A stretch of DNA of 64,000 bases, taken from positions 64,001-128,000 of the forward strand of contig JBGSMV010000059.1 of the NCBI GenBank assembly GCA_041739995.1. Reading direction: 5' to 3'. This document shows positions 49,471 through 58,801 of the stretch, one piece after another. The stretch comes from Bdellovibrionota bacterium. Lineage in GTDB: Bacteria; Bdellovibrionota_C; UBA2361; JBGSMV01. The position numbers and the translations under genes were made by a program. Positions within the stretch are counted from its first letter, which is position 1. Every line of letters starts with the position of its first letter. The notes under the pieces were generated by a model. It did no database searches, was not told where the DNA came from, and worked only from the letters and a program-made list of their open reading frames with translations.

Positions 49471-50238
49471 TCACGCTCCCTTACGAGAAAGTTGTGCAGC
49501 AGCACCGGTATCCAGGAACCATGAGACCGATCCCTTTGCTTCCACAAATAAACGAGCGGGGAGCTCAACCTCAGATTCCTGACCTTCCAAGACGCGCTTA
49601 AGCATAGAAGCTTTGGCGTCGCCATTCACGATGAACATGAGTCTTCTTGCATTTTTCAAAGTCTTGGCGGTGAGCGATACCCGCACTCCTCCTGGCTTCT
49701 CACCCTCCTGCGGGTGCGTCGCGACACCAACGATGTCGCCTTCTGAAAGGCTGCAGTGCGGAAATAGCGAAGCGGTATGGCCATCGTCGCCCATTCCAAG
49801 GAGCACTAAATCAAACTCGGGGAGCTCGTTCTGTTTAAGTTTCTCTTGAGTTCTAATTAACTGCTCATAGGCGAGCGCCCCCTTTGCAGGCGTACTCGCG
49901 CTCGTATCAACCGGGAAAAGTTGCGGCGCAGTTGTTGCTCCAGACTGAACCGCGATCTTTTGAAAAAGTGTCTCGTTTGCCATGCGATAATTGCTCATGG
50001 CATCAGAGTGCGGCACCCAGCGTTCGTCTCCGAGATACACGCGCAGTGCGCCCCATTGAATTTGCTCAACGCGCGGTGGCAAACCCAGTGAGCGGTATAC
50101 TGCGGCAGGAGTACTACCACCTGCGAGCACGAGCGAGGCACTACCCCGCTCCTCGATAGCTTCGGATAATATTTGCACAATTTCGTCAGCTACAGCGCCG
50201 GCGAACAACTTTGACTCAATTACTTCAATCGTCACCAT
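49471..50238 (-). CDS. pgl: 6-phosphogluconolactonase
   Basis: LAGGSTP, GDERWV and LLGMGDDGHTASLFP motifs. Confidence 0.96.
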   Translation of the reverse strand: MVTIEVIESKLFAGAVADEIVQILSEAIEERGSASLVLAGGSTPAAVYRSLGLPPRVEQIQWGALRVYLGDERWVPHSDAMSNYRMANETLFQKIAVQSGATTAPQLFPVDTSASTPAKGALAYEQLIRTQEKLKQNELPEFDLVLLGMGDDGHTASLFPHCSLSEGDIVGVATHPQEGEKPGGVRVSLTAKTLKNARRLMFIVNGDAKASMLKRVLEGQESEVELPARLFVEAKGSVSWFLDTGAAAQLSRKGA

Positions 50239-50350
50239 TCACTCCCGATCAGACCAAATGAGAAGAGCACTCTAGATTATTCAGCGACTCAGACTGGACT
50301 TACATATGAAAAGACTATTGGAACCACTCCTTCGTCCTGAGATGAATCTA

Positions 50351-51574
50351 CTATGTTGCCATAGCGCAAAGCTTCAAAACCCTTCCCATTGCGGCACTGT
50401 AATTTGCTACGGACTCTCCGATTAGGAAAAAGCGACGCAATCGTCCGTCCCCGGTTTCGTCTTCGATTGGGCGAGAAAGCTCTACGGAGTTAATGCCTTC
50501 CACGCGAGCTTCAAGGGTTAATCCTCTTCGATTAATTTCGAAACTGGAACCCTTTCCTCCGCGAGCGGTTCCCTCGAAGCGCACTGAACGAACCTTTGGC
50601 TCAACTGATGTCGCCTCAGCTAAAAATCGCGGCTCAACTCCTAAATTCTCAGCCGATGAAATTAATTCGCAGATTACCGTTGCTCCGGAGGGAGATTGGA
50701 AATGGACTGCCCAACCCTCGGCTTCAGCACTTCCAGAAAGGCTCAGTCGCTTCACTGACTCTAGGCTGAGTTGAAGACGAGCAGCGATCCATCCACAAAG
50801 CAACAATCCGGCCATGGAACAGTGAGCTGGAATTCCCCTATCCTCGGATGCGGATCCTTTGGGTTGAGCCGCAGAGTCCTTAAGTCCATCCGAGACGATA
50901 GTAAATCGCTGCAACCCTGAGGCCAATCCGCGCGCCTGTGCAAAATCAAAGCCCGCTCGCACCTGATCCCGCCAAGCCCCAAGCGCAATCCACTGAAGGT
51001 CGACCGCAAGCTTCACCTCTCGCAACACACCCTCGATAACTGCTAAGCGTCGCGCCCACATAGAGCTATCAAATATAATGCTATCGACCATGGAGGCCGC
51101 CACTTCGATCAGCTCCCCTTCTACCTGAGAGTCAAAAAGTAGAAGTTCGCTAGGCGTACCGCTAACCAGATTGGCACGAATCGCCTCTGCCAACGCCTGC
51201 ACCTGACTACCCGGCGCCCCCATGCGCACCAACTCAGAGCACACATGATGCGATGTTCCTTCCCCCTTTGAGGTAAAATGACAGCGCGCAGAGACTTCTG
51301 CAGCTACGGCAGAAAGCGCATTATTTACTCCGTAGATGAGAAATCTGCTGGGATGCAGCCGCGCTACATCTTCGATAAGGCGCTCGACGTCTGAAACCGC
51401 AGAGGAAGATCCCACTGGGATGAGCACATTGGTGCTCGCAGCCCGGGTGTATACGCTAGACCCCTCCTGTAGGTCCGAAAAAAGCCGGCTTAAAGACTCA
51501 GAAATACGCGAAACTTTGGTGAGCTCATAGCCGCCCGCACCACCAGCAAGAACTTGTTCTGCTGCACTACTCAT
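50351..51574 (-). CDS. opcA: OpcA-like G6PD assembly/effector protein
   Basis: RAASTN, HPSR, C..CSE, DLQW.ALGAWR and L.GWIAARL motifs; lies between zwf and pgl. Confidence 0.8.
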   Translation of the reverse strand: MSSAAEQVLAGGAGGYELTKVSRISESLSRLFSDLQEGSSVYTRAASTNVLIPVGSSSAVSDVERLIEDVARLHPSRFLIYGVNNALSAVAAEVSARCHFTSKGEGTSHHVCSELVRMGAPGSQVQALAEAIRANLVSGTPSELLLFDSQVEGELIEVAASMVDSIIFDSSMWARRLAVIEGVLREVKLAVDLQWIALGAWRDQVRAGFDFAQARGLASGLQRFTIVSDGLKDSAAQPKGSASEDRGIPAHCSMAGLLLCGWIAARLQLSLESVKRLSLSGSAEAEGWAVHFQSPSGATVICELISSAENLGVEPRFLAEATSVEPKVRSVRFEGTARGGKGSSFEINRRGLTLEARVEGINSVELSRPIEDETGDGRLRRFFLIGESVANYSAAMGRVLKLCAMAT

Positions 51575-51615
51575 TGATTCCGTTCCTCCTGACTAAATCG
51601 GGCGACGCCAGTCAT

Positions 51616-53151
51616 CTAAAGACGTGTCCAGCGGTGTCCGTTCGTCCGCAGTAAATCGGCGGCCGCTTTTGGTCCCCATGTTCCGGCTTCATGGCTTTCA
51701 AGCGCTGGCGGCTTAGCGGAGTCCCAGGCCTCAAACACAGGAGCAAGCAGCTCCCAAGCTTGTTCGATCTCGTCATCACGAATAAAGAGCGTCTGATCTC
51801 CTTTCATCGCGTCAAGAAGCAGACGTTCGTAGGCCTCGGCCGAAGCCACGCCGAACGAGTGATCGTAGTTGAAATCCATTACGACTGGGCGCACGCGCAT
51901 GCGCGGACCTGGTGGCTTACTGCTGATTTTCAGTGAAATACCTTCATTGGGTTGCACTTGAATATTGAGCACATTCTGCTCAAGCTCGCCGACTTGCCTT
52001 CCGCGAAACATCGCTTCGGGCGCCTTCTTGAAGAAAACGGTTATCTCGGTGATTCGCTTTGGAAGTCTCTTGCCAGCTCGAATGTAGATCGGCACTCCAG
52101 ACCAACGCCAATTGTCGATGGCCAACTTCATCGCGACGAACGTCTCGGTGGTGGAGCTTGGGGAGACATCCTTCTCCTCCAAGTAGCCCTTAACCGCCTC
52201 GCCATCAATAAAGCCCTTGGAGTAATGGGCTCGCACAGTAGAGGAGGCTACCTCTTCAACACTCAAGCGACGCATAGCTCTCAACACCTTCACCTTCTCA
52301 TCACGAATGCTGGTGGAGTCGCTCAGAGAAATCGGAGGCTCAATGCAAATCAAGGACAGAATCTGAAGTAAGTGGTTTTGAACGATGTCACGCAAAATGC
52401 CTGCTTTATCAAAATAGCCGGCGCGGCTTCCCACCCCGATGCTTTCGCACACCGCGATCTGAATGTGATCAACGTACTTGTGATTCCACAGCGGCTCGAA
52501 AATGCCATTGGCAAATCGGAACACGAGGATGTTCTGAACAGTTTCTTTCCCGAGATAGTGATCGATTCGATAGATCTGCTTTTCAGCAAAGCTTTCCCGG
52601 ATAGTGGTGTTCAGCTCTCGCGCCGAATCCAAGTCGTGCCCAAAAGGCTTTTCAATAATCAATGAGGTAGCCCGAGCATCATCACTCGGCTTCTCGACAA
52701 GACCCGCGTCCCTTAACTGAGACGCAATCTGTCCGAAGAAGGTGGGTGATACGGCAAGGTAATAGAGATAGTTAAACCGTTCCGAGCTTTGACCGCTTGT
52801 CAGCCCCTCGAGGCGCGCCTTTAAACGAGTGAAATCTTCACTGCGCGTCGCATCAACTGGCTCATAAAACACTCTCTTGGAGAAGCTCTCCCATACGCCC
52901 TCATCGAGAGGACGCCGAGAGAACTTAGAGACCGCTTCCTTTAGGTTAGAACGAAACTGCTCATCACTAAGCTTAGACCTCGCCACTCCAACCACCACAA
53001 ACCCACTGGGCAAATACCCGTCCGCTTCTAGATTGTAGAGCGCGGGTATCAGCTTACGCTGAGTAAGATCTCCGGAAGCTCCAAAGATGACGAGAGCGGT
53101 AGCAGGAGGTCGAATGATGCGATTCTCCCCTTCTGAAAATGGATTCTCCAT
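51616..53151 (-). CDS. zwf: Glucose-6-phosphate 1-dehydrogenase
   Basis: GASGDL, EKPFG and RIDHYLGKE motifs. Confidence 0.98.
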   Translation of the reverse strand: MENPFSEGENRIIRPPATALVIFGASGDLTQRKLIPALYNLEADGYLPSGFVVVGVARSKLSDEQFRSNLKEAVSKFSRRPLDEGVWESFSKRVFYEPVDATRSEDFTRLKARLEGLTSGQSSERFNYLYYLAVSPTFFGQIASQLRDAGLVEKPSDDARATSLIIEKPFGHDLDSARELNTTIRESFAEKQIYRIDHYLGKETVQNILVFRFANGIFEPLWNHKYVDHIQIAVCESIGVGSRAGYFDKAGILRDIVQNHLLQILSLICIEPPISLSDSTSIRDEKVKVLRAMRRLSVEEVASSTVRAHYSKGFIDGEAVKGYLEEKDVSPSSTTETFVAMKLAIDNWRWSGVPIYIRAGKRLPKRITEITVFFKKAPEAMFRGRQVGELEQNVLNIQVQPNEGISLKISSKPPGPRMRVRPVVMDFNYDHSFGVASAEAYERLLLDAMKGDQTLFIRDDEIEQAWELLAPVFEAWDSAKPPALESHEAGTWGPKAAADLLRTNGHRWTRL

Positions 53152-53189
53152 ACTCGGACCTCCTGAGACCTGAAATAATTGATTTGGAT

Positions 53190-54314
53190 TTAAGCTATTT
53201 TCGCAGCCTTAGTTTCAATCGAGCTCAGTAGATCTCGATATGAATCTGCAAAAAGATCCACGCCTTGAACTTGCAGCTCCTCGAGCAATCCATCTACCCC
53301 AACTCCAAGAGCAGGAAGCGAGTTCAACAAGTCCCGACCTGCCTTAAGATCCTGCATGACTCGATCTTCAATCTTGCCACCCTTAAGCAAAATATCGAGC
53401 GTCGCTGGCGGCATAGTATTGACGGTATGAGGCCCGGCAAGCTCCTCTACGTAGAGCAAGGGATTTAGAGTGGCGTTTTTGGTGCCGGTAGAGGCCCACA
53501 ATGGTCTTTGCACTTTCGCCCCCTTGGCGACAAGGGCTTCCCACCTCTTTCCAGAAAAGAGCTGAGTAAAGCGTTCGTAAGCCATGCGCGCATTGGCAAC
53601 GCCGACTTTCCCGAAGAAACTCGCACGCTGTGACTCCTGAGCTTTGCCAGAAGCAACTGAAGCATCAAAAGCCTTCTCGCAAATCGCGTCAACTCGCGAA
53701 ACAAAGAAGCTGGCTACTGATGAGATACCATCAATAGGTAGCCCCTTAGAAACACGAGTCTCCAAGGCGCAAATATACTGCTCCGCGACGCGCTCGTACT
53801 GAGGGACGGAGAAAAGTAAGGTCACGTTGATGTTAATTCCCTCCTCTAGAGCAGCACGAATAGCCGGAAGTCCCTCAGCGGTGCCAGGAATTTTGATCAT
53901 GCCGTTGGCGCGATCAAGGCGACCCCATAGACGCTTAGCGGCCTCGATCGTTCCTTTAGTATCGCGTGCAAGAAACGGAGAGACCTCAATGCTGGCATGA
54001 CCATCGGCACCTTTGGACTCTAAAGAGACTGCTCTCAGTAGGTCTGCCGCGGCCGCTACATCTTGAATCATTAGCTCTTCGCAAATGCCATCGGCATTCG
54101 TTCCGGACTTACGCAGACTTGCTATGTCAGTGTCGTAATCCGAACTGTCCGCGATGGCCTTTTTAAAAATGGTGGGGTTGCTGGTGAGCCCGCTCACGCC
54201 CTGCTCAATCAGTCCCTTCAATGCACCGGAACGCAGAACGTCCCTCGAGACATTGTCGTACCATACGGACTGTCCAACTTTATTGAGGGCCTTAATGCTT
54301 GAATTCTTAGTCAT
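53190..54314 (-). CDS. tal: Transaldolase (actinobacterial/plant-like type)
   Basis: GQSVWYD, TSNPTIF, MIKIPGT, SFFVSRVD and RPLWASTGTK motifs. Confidence 0.95.
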   Translation of the reverse strand: MTKNSSIKALNKVGQSVWYDNVSRDVLRSGALKGLIEQGVSGLTSNPTIFKKAIADSSDYDTDIASLRKSGTNADGICEELMIQDVAAAADLLRAVSLESKGADGHASIEVSPFLARDTKGTIEAAKRLWGRLDRANGMIKIPGTAEGLPAIRAALEEGININVTLLFSVPQYERVAEQYICALETRVSKGLPIDGISSVASFFVSRVDAICEKAFDASVASGKAQESQRASFFGKVGVANARMAYERFTQLFSGKRWEALVAKGAKVQRPLWASTGTKNATLNPLLYVEELAGPHTVNTMPPATLDILLKGGKIEDRVMQDLKAGRDLLNSLPALGVGVDGLLEELQVQGVDLFADSYRDLLSSIETKAAKIA

Positions 54315-54820
54315 TGTCTTAAATCTCCTCTAACCAAATACTTCTTCCACCGAGCACTCGCCCATGGACCCCAACCAAACCAACTCCCTTCTAGGACGTC
54401 GGTTCGTTCTGGTGACATACGACGCGAACAACCCCCTCGCTTCGTCGGAGGTCCTCGCTGAATCTTCACGTAGTGGAAACGGAGCGAGCACGAGCCAGTC
54501 TGGATCCCGTCGCAGCGTCCTTCACAAAATCTAGACCAGTAGTTTCAAAATGGATACAAAAAGTTACTTGATGGGGCTATTTCCTTGGGGGTTTCGAGAG
54601 CTTACCAACTGACCAGCCACTAATACGGCCTTGCGCGGCACGCGGAGAGAGGACTTAGTTGCGTGCGTCATCTCAAGACACCAAGCCACGGGTGCATCAA
54701 AACTCGCCAGAGGGACGTAAGCCCCAGAGAGACGTAAGCCACAGAGGTGCACAAAAGAACCTACGAGGCGATATACGGTTTGAATGCGTGTTGCGGCGAA
54801 CGTAGCAATCCCCGCACAAC

Positions 54821-54868
54821 GGCCTATTCTCGGGCCTATTCTCGGCGGCACAGGCCTATTCTCGGCGG
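54821..54868. repeat. GGCCTATTCTCG x3 duplicating a gene 3' end
   Basis: Copies at 54821, 54833 and 54853; the third contains the stop codon of the 54856-55191 ORF. Confidence 0.85.
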
Positions 54869-55191
54869 ACTTGCGGACCCTTGAGCAACCGCACGATTAG
54901 TCGACTGCCTTCCGCGCTGCGCTCGAGCAGGCGAATACCAGGTTTATCTGAGCTCTTGCTGTCGGAATTAAGCCTAGCAGAACTATCTCTGTCGGGGCGA
55001 AGCCTGCTCGACGGTGCTTCGCGCCTTTCCAGTTCGTTCAACAGGGCACGCTCTTCTTCGGTCAAGAAGTCCTCGACTTCGGTCTCGCTACGTAACTTTA
55101 CAAGATCGACTCTCGCTCTATGGCGCGTTCGAGCGCACAACGCTTGACCTAATACGCGCGACTTGCTCGATCTTCGACGTCCAAAAATCAT
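54856..55191 (-). CDS. Hypothetical protein
   Basis: 111-aa ORF with SD GAGGT, 16 bp downstream of the GT2 gene and on the same strand. Confidence 0.55.
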   Translation of the reverse strand: MIFGRRRSSKSRVLGQALCARTRHRARVDLVKLRSETEVEDFLTEEERALLNELERREAPSSRLRPDRDSSARLNSDSKSSDKPGIRLLERSAEGSRLIVRLLKGPQVRRE

Positions 55192-55207
55192 ACTTACCTC
55201 TTACGAT

Positions 55208-56065
55208 TCAGGACCGCGACCTTATCGCACCAGACTGTGCCCTAACGGAATCTGAAGCATTAGATTCTGCAGGAATAGTCGGTATGTCAGCAGGCCCGGG
55301 ATAAGACAGTATTCCGCGCTTACGGTTCTGATAAAAACGGTACGATGTTGAAATACAATTAAGGGCGTATGGAATGCCGTTCACATGGCAAATCTCGTCA
55401 CCATAATAGGTCGGAATGGGCAGCTCCACAATTCGCATATTTCGCTCAGCCATGGCGAGAATTATCTGGGTGTCGAAGTGCCACGTATTAGTAAAAGACT
55501 CAAAAGGCACTCTGCGAAGGGCCTCAGTTGAATAGAGGCGATAACCCGAGTGATATTCGCTCAGATTCAAGCCGGAAAGACGGTTCTGGCACACCGTGAG
55601 CACTCTGTTGCCAAGAAACTTATAAAGCGGCATTCCGCCCTTCAGCGGCTTCCCCCCAGCCGCCATGCGTGAGCCAAAAACCATGTCGGCTTCCCCTTTG
55701 CGAAACGGTTCAAGAAGAAGCGGTAATGCCTCAGGGGCATACTGCCCGTCGCCGTGAACCATGGCGACCACATCGAAACCGCGGTCAATGGCGTAGCGAT
55801 AACCGATCTTTTGATTTCCCCCGTAGCCCTGGTTTGTCACGTTGCGGTGGATGGTGAGCTTGTCGACTTTCTGCTCATGCTTGTAACCTAGCGCCGCGTA
55901 ATACGTATTATCTTTGCTACAGTCATCAATTACAAAGATCTCCTCTACCTCCTCGTAGGTCTCCCGAGGTATTCGATTGATGGTCTTAATAAGATGGTTC
56001 ACCGCATTGTATGCGATGATGAAGATGCCGACTCGTGGCTTCCTTACCGCTGATTCCGCTCCCAT
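55208..56065 (-). CDS. Glycosyltransferase family 2 (DPM1-like)
   Basis: IAYN, IDDCSKD, GYGGNQK, HGDGQY and HSGYR motifs. Confidence 0.93.
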   Translation of the reverse strand: MGAESAVRKPRVGIFIIAYNAVNHLIKTINRIPRETYEEVEEIFVIDDCSKDNTYYAALGYKHEQKVDKLTIHRNVTNQGYGGNQKIGYRYAIDRGFDVVAMVHGDGQYAPEALPLLLEPFRKGEADMVFGSRMAAGGKPLKGGMPLYKFLGNRVLTVCQNRLSGLNLSEYHSGYRLYSTEALRRVPFESFTNTWHFDTQIILAMAERNMRIVELPIPTYYGDEICHVNGIPYALNCISTSYRFYQNRKRGILSYPGPADIPTIPAESNASDSVRAQSGAIRSRS

Positions 56066-56110
56066 TCTGTAGTTCCCGCCTTTCGGATCAAATGTTCATC
56101 GCAGAAGGCC

Positions 56111-57754
56111 TTAGCCGACTGCACTACCGACCAGGTCATACCCAGCCACTTCAGTGATACGCACATTAACAAATGAACCTACTGCCGGAGAACCTTGAAT
56201 GAGATCGCCTTGATCGGGGCGGTCCGAAGCTCCTGAATCTGGACTAGTATTATGGGCCGCTCCGTTAGCGCTGTCGCTTAGCGCCGAGTCGCCAATGCCG
56301 AGTTCACTAAAATCATTCACAATAACCGTACCATCGACCTCGGGGGCTTGAAACCGAGCTCTTCCCACCAATAAATAATCCGTATCCTCGTGAGCCCCTT
56401 CCATAAGAACCTGAATTGACTGTCCTATGTACCCAGAAAGGCGCTTGGCGACAACCTCTTGTTGGGCCTGCATGATGCGCTCCCGCCGAGAAGCCTTCTC
56501 CTTCTCAGAAACCTGGCAATCCATGTCAAAAGAAGGAGTGCCGCTTTCTAGCGAATAGGTAAATACCCCCACACTTGAGAAATGCCCCTCTCGTACGAAG
56601 CTCTCAAGCTCTTGTACGTCTTCCTCGGTCTCACCGGGGAAGCCAACAATAAAGGTGGTGCGTATCGCAATGCTTGGCGCGGTCTTACGAATCCACTCAA
56701 CCATCGGTCGAGGCGCAAAGGAGCCTATGGGTCGCTTCATCTCTTTGAGCACTCGAGTGCTGGCATGTTGCAATGGGATATCGAGGTATTCGACCACTCG
56801 TGGCAGATCTCTGATTGCTTCAATCAAGGCAACATCGGTTCCTACGGGATAGGCGTACAACAGGCGCACCCAGTCAACTGCCGCTTGTCTGTCGAGCGCT
56901 TCAAGCAGCTGCCTAAGCCGGCGTCCGTTTCCATATTTATCAGGCGCCTGGTCTAGCCCAAATGAGGTCAAATCCTGAGCGACGAGGTTGATCTCTCGTA
57001 CTCCCTGATTGGCGAGACTCTCAGTTTCTCGAAGAACCGAATCAATTTGACGACTGCGCATCGTGCCGCGAATCTTTGGAATAATGCAGAAAGTACACGG
57101 CCGATTACAGCCCTCGCTCACCTTCACATATGCAAAATGCCGCTTGGTGGCGAGCTCACGCGGCATCGAATCGTCATAGAGAAAATATGGGCGCGCCGCA
57201 GCATCGAGAACATCACCGAAATCGGGAGCGGGTGTAGTGTTCGCGAGAAGGCTATCTTTTGCCTGTCCTGGCTCGACTAAAGTGGAGACGTCAGCAACAC
57301 GTAAGACATCATTCACCGACAAAAATGCATCTACTTCTGGCAATGCTTCTTGCATGCTTTGGTATTTGCCGGATGGGTCCTTGTAGCGCTCCACCGCACA
57401 GCCCGCGACCACGAGTTTGCGCAGGCGCCCCGTTTTTTTGAGCTCCGCCACGTCAATGATACAATCGATGCTCTCTTCGACTGCGCTCTGTAGAAATCCG
57501 CAGGTATTCACAATCGCCACGTCGGCATCTTCAACTTTGGAAACCACCTCAAAGCCGCGAGCACGAAGCACCCCCAACATCACTTCAGAGTCGACGTGAT
57601 TCTTCGCGCACCCAAGTGTAATGAGGGCTGCACGTCCCGCAAAAATGGCCGCCCCTACTCCGCCCTCATTTCCCTGATTGACGTGAATTGCAGGTGCGGT
57701 GGCGCATGACTTCTTAGCGTCGCCACCCTCATCTAATATTGTAAGTCGTCCCAT
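56111..57754 (-). CDS. rimO: Ribosomal protein S12 methylthiotransferase RimO
   Basis: LGCAKN.VDSE, NTCGF, CNRPCTFC radical SAM motif and APEVDG TRAM region. Confidence 0.96.
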   Translation of the reverse strand: MGRLTILDEGGDAKKSCATAPAIHVNQGNEGGVGAAIFAGRAALITLGCAKNHVDSEVMLGVLRARGFEVVSKVEDADVAIVNTCGFLQSAVEESIDCIIDVAELKKTGRLRKLVVAGCAVERYKDPSGKYQSMQEALPEVDAFLSVNDVLRVADVSTLVEPGQAKDSLLANTTPAPDFGDVLDAAARPYFLYDDSMPRELATKRHFAYVKVSEGCNRPCTFCIIPKIRGTMRSRQIDSVLRETESLANQGVREINLVAQDLTSFGLDQAPDKYGNGRRLRQLLEALDRQAAVDWVRLLYAYPVGTDVALIEAIRDLPRVVEYLDIPLQHASTRVLKEMKRPIGSFAPRPMVEWIRKTAPSIAIRTTFIVGFPGETEEDVQELESFVREGHFSSVGVFTYSLESGTPSFDMDCQVSEKEKASRRERIMQAQQEVVAKRLSGYIGQSIQVLMEGAHEDTDYLLVGRARFQAPEVDGTVIVNDFSELGIGDSALSDSANGAAHNTSPDSGASDRPDQGDLIQGSPAVGSFVNVRITEVAGYDLVGSAVG

Positions 57755-57794
57755 ATGTACCTCTATCCCTGCACTCCTCGCCCGCTCCGCTTAC

Positions 57795-58607
57795 CTAGCT
57801 AGCTCTTCGACGATCGTCGATATCCACTCCCGCAGGAAAAGAAACAGCAAAGTCCGCTTCAGTCACAGCCGGATCATTTGAATGCACATCGCTGAGCAAG
57901 ATCGCAGTTACGTTTCCACCCACGTCCACCACTCGCGCTCCTGCGGGAAGATGCGATTCTCGGTTCACAAGCAGTTCAAAGCTTCTCAGGTCGCCAGGCG
58001 CTTCATTGTCTGTTTCTGAAGTTTGGTGCTTGGGAACTAACGAAAGTAATAGCCGACCGCCCGAATCGCAGGCGCGCTCAATGCGAAACTCGTTCTCAAG
58101 CTCGCCAATGCCCATAAGAAAAGCCACCGGCATTTCGGCAAGAAGAACGTCTTTTAGAGTTTCCACCACAAGCTGACTGAGCTCTGGCTGAAACAAATAT
58201 ACGGTCTCGTCCCTCACCAAAAATACTTGGGGCTCAGGGAGTTCATAAACCCAACGCATTTTGCCGGGCTTCTTGAAATACACCGTTCCAGAAGCCTGTT
58301 CACTATCATCGAGCGCTGCGATGCGAGACTCTTGATTGAACTGCGCTTTAAGCGATCCGCTCGACTTGTAAGCGTTCTGAACGCTAGTCAGCAATGAATT
58401 AGCCTGAACTTTAGACAGTTCTTTCTCGCACCCGAAGCGACCCTCTATTTCGGAAGCTTGAGCATTGGTGCCCAGCAAAGCCAGGACCACCAGGATGCCA
58501 AAGAATAAGGCCTTGGTCCCCCAGGCAGCGCTGGCGCTCGGTCTGAATGCCGCAAGACACACACACCTGTAGGCTTCGTAGCCTACTTTTGACTTCCATC
58601 GCAGCAT
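57795..58607 (-). CDS. lolA: Outer-membrane lipoprotein carrier LolA family protein (start uncertain)
   Basis: AQFNQ...SG.VYFKKPGKMRWVY..PEPQ; directly downstream of ftsK. Confidence 0.82.
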   Translation of the reverse strand: MLRWKSKVGYEAYRCVCLAAFRPSASAAWGTKALFFGILVVLALLGTNAQASEIEGRFGCEKELSKVQANSLLTSVQNAYKSSGSLKAQFNQESRIAALDDSEQASGTVYFKKPGKMRWVYELPEPQVFLVRDETVYLFQPELSQLVVETLKDVLLAEMPVAFLMGIGELENEFRIERACDSGGRLLLSLVPKHQTSETDNEAPGDLRSFELLVNRESHLPAGARVVDVGGNVTAILLSDVHSNDPAVTEADFAVSFPAGVDIDDRRRAS

Positions 58608-58801
58608 TTTGAAATTCCCAGGAAAACGGCAGAAAGGCGCTACGCCCCAACCAGCTAGTGACCGCAAATAGTAGGCGAAAGCGATTTCCTTCGCAAATTC
58701 AAGTGTATGCCGCTGTTTTCGTTCACCCGACTGGTGCCAAACCCGCATTAGGCGGTCGTCAGTCGTCCTTTCTGCGCCGGGAACGCACTGAACTTATGAA
58801 G

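Noticed and set aside
49464..49625. N-terminal extension of the acyl-CoA dehydrogenase overlapping pgl
   Set aside because: Longest-ORF artefact; the GTG at 49463 gives a normal ~396-aa protein.
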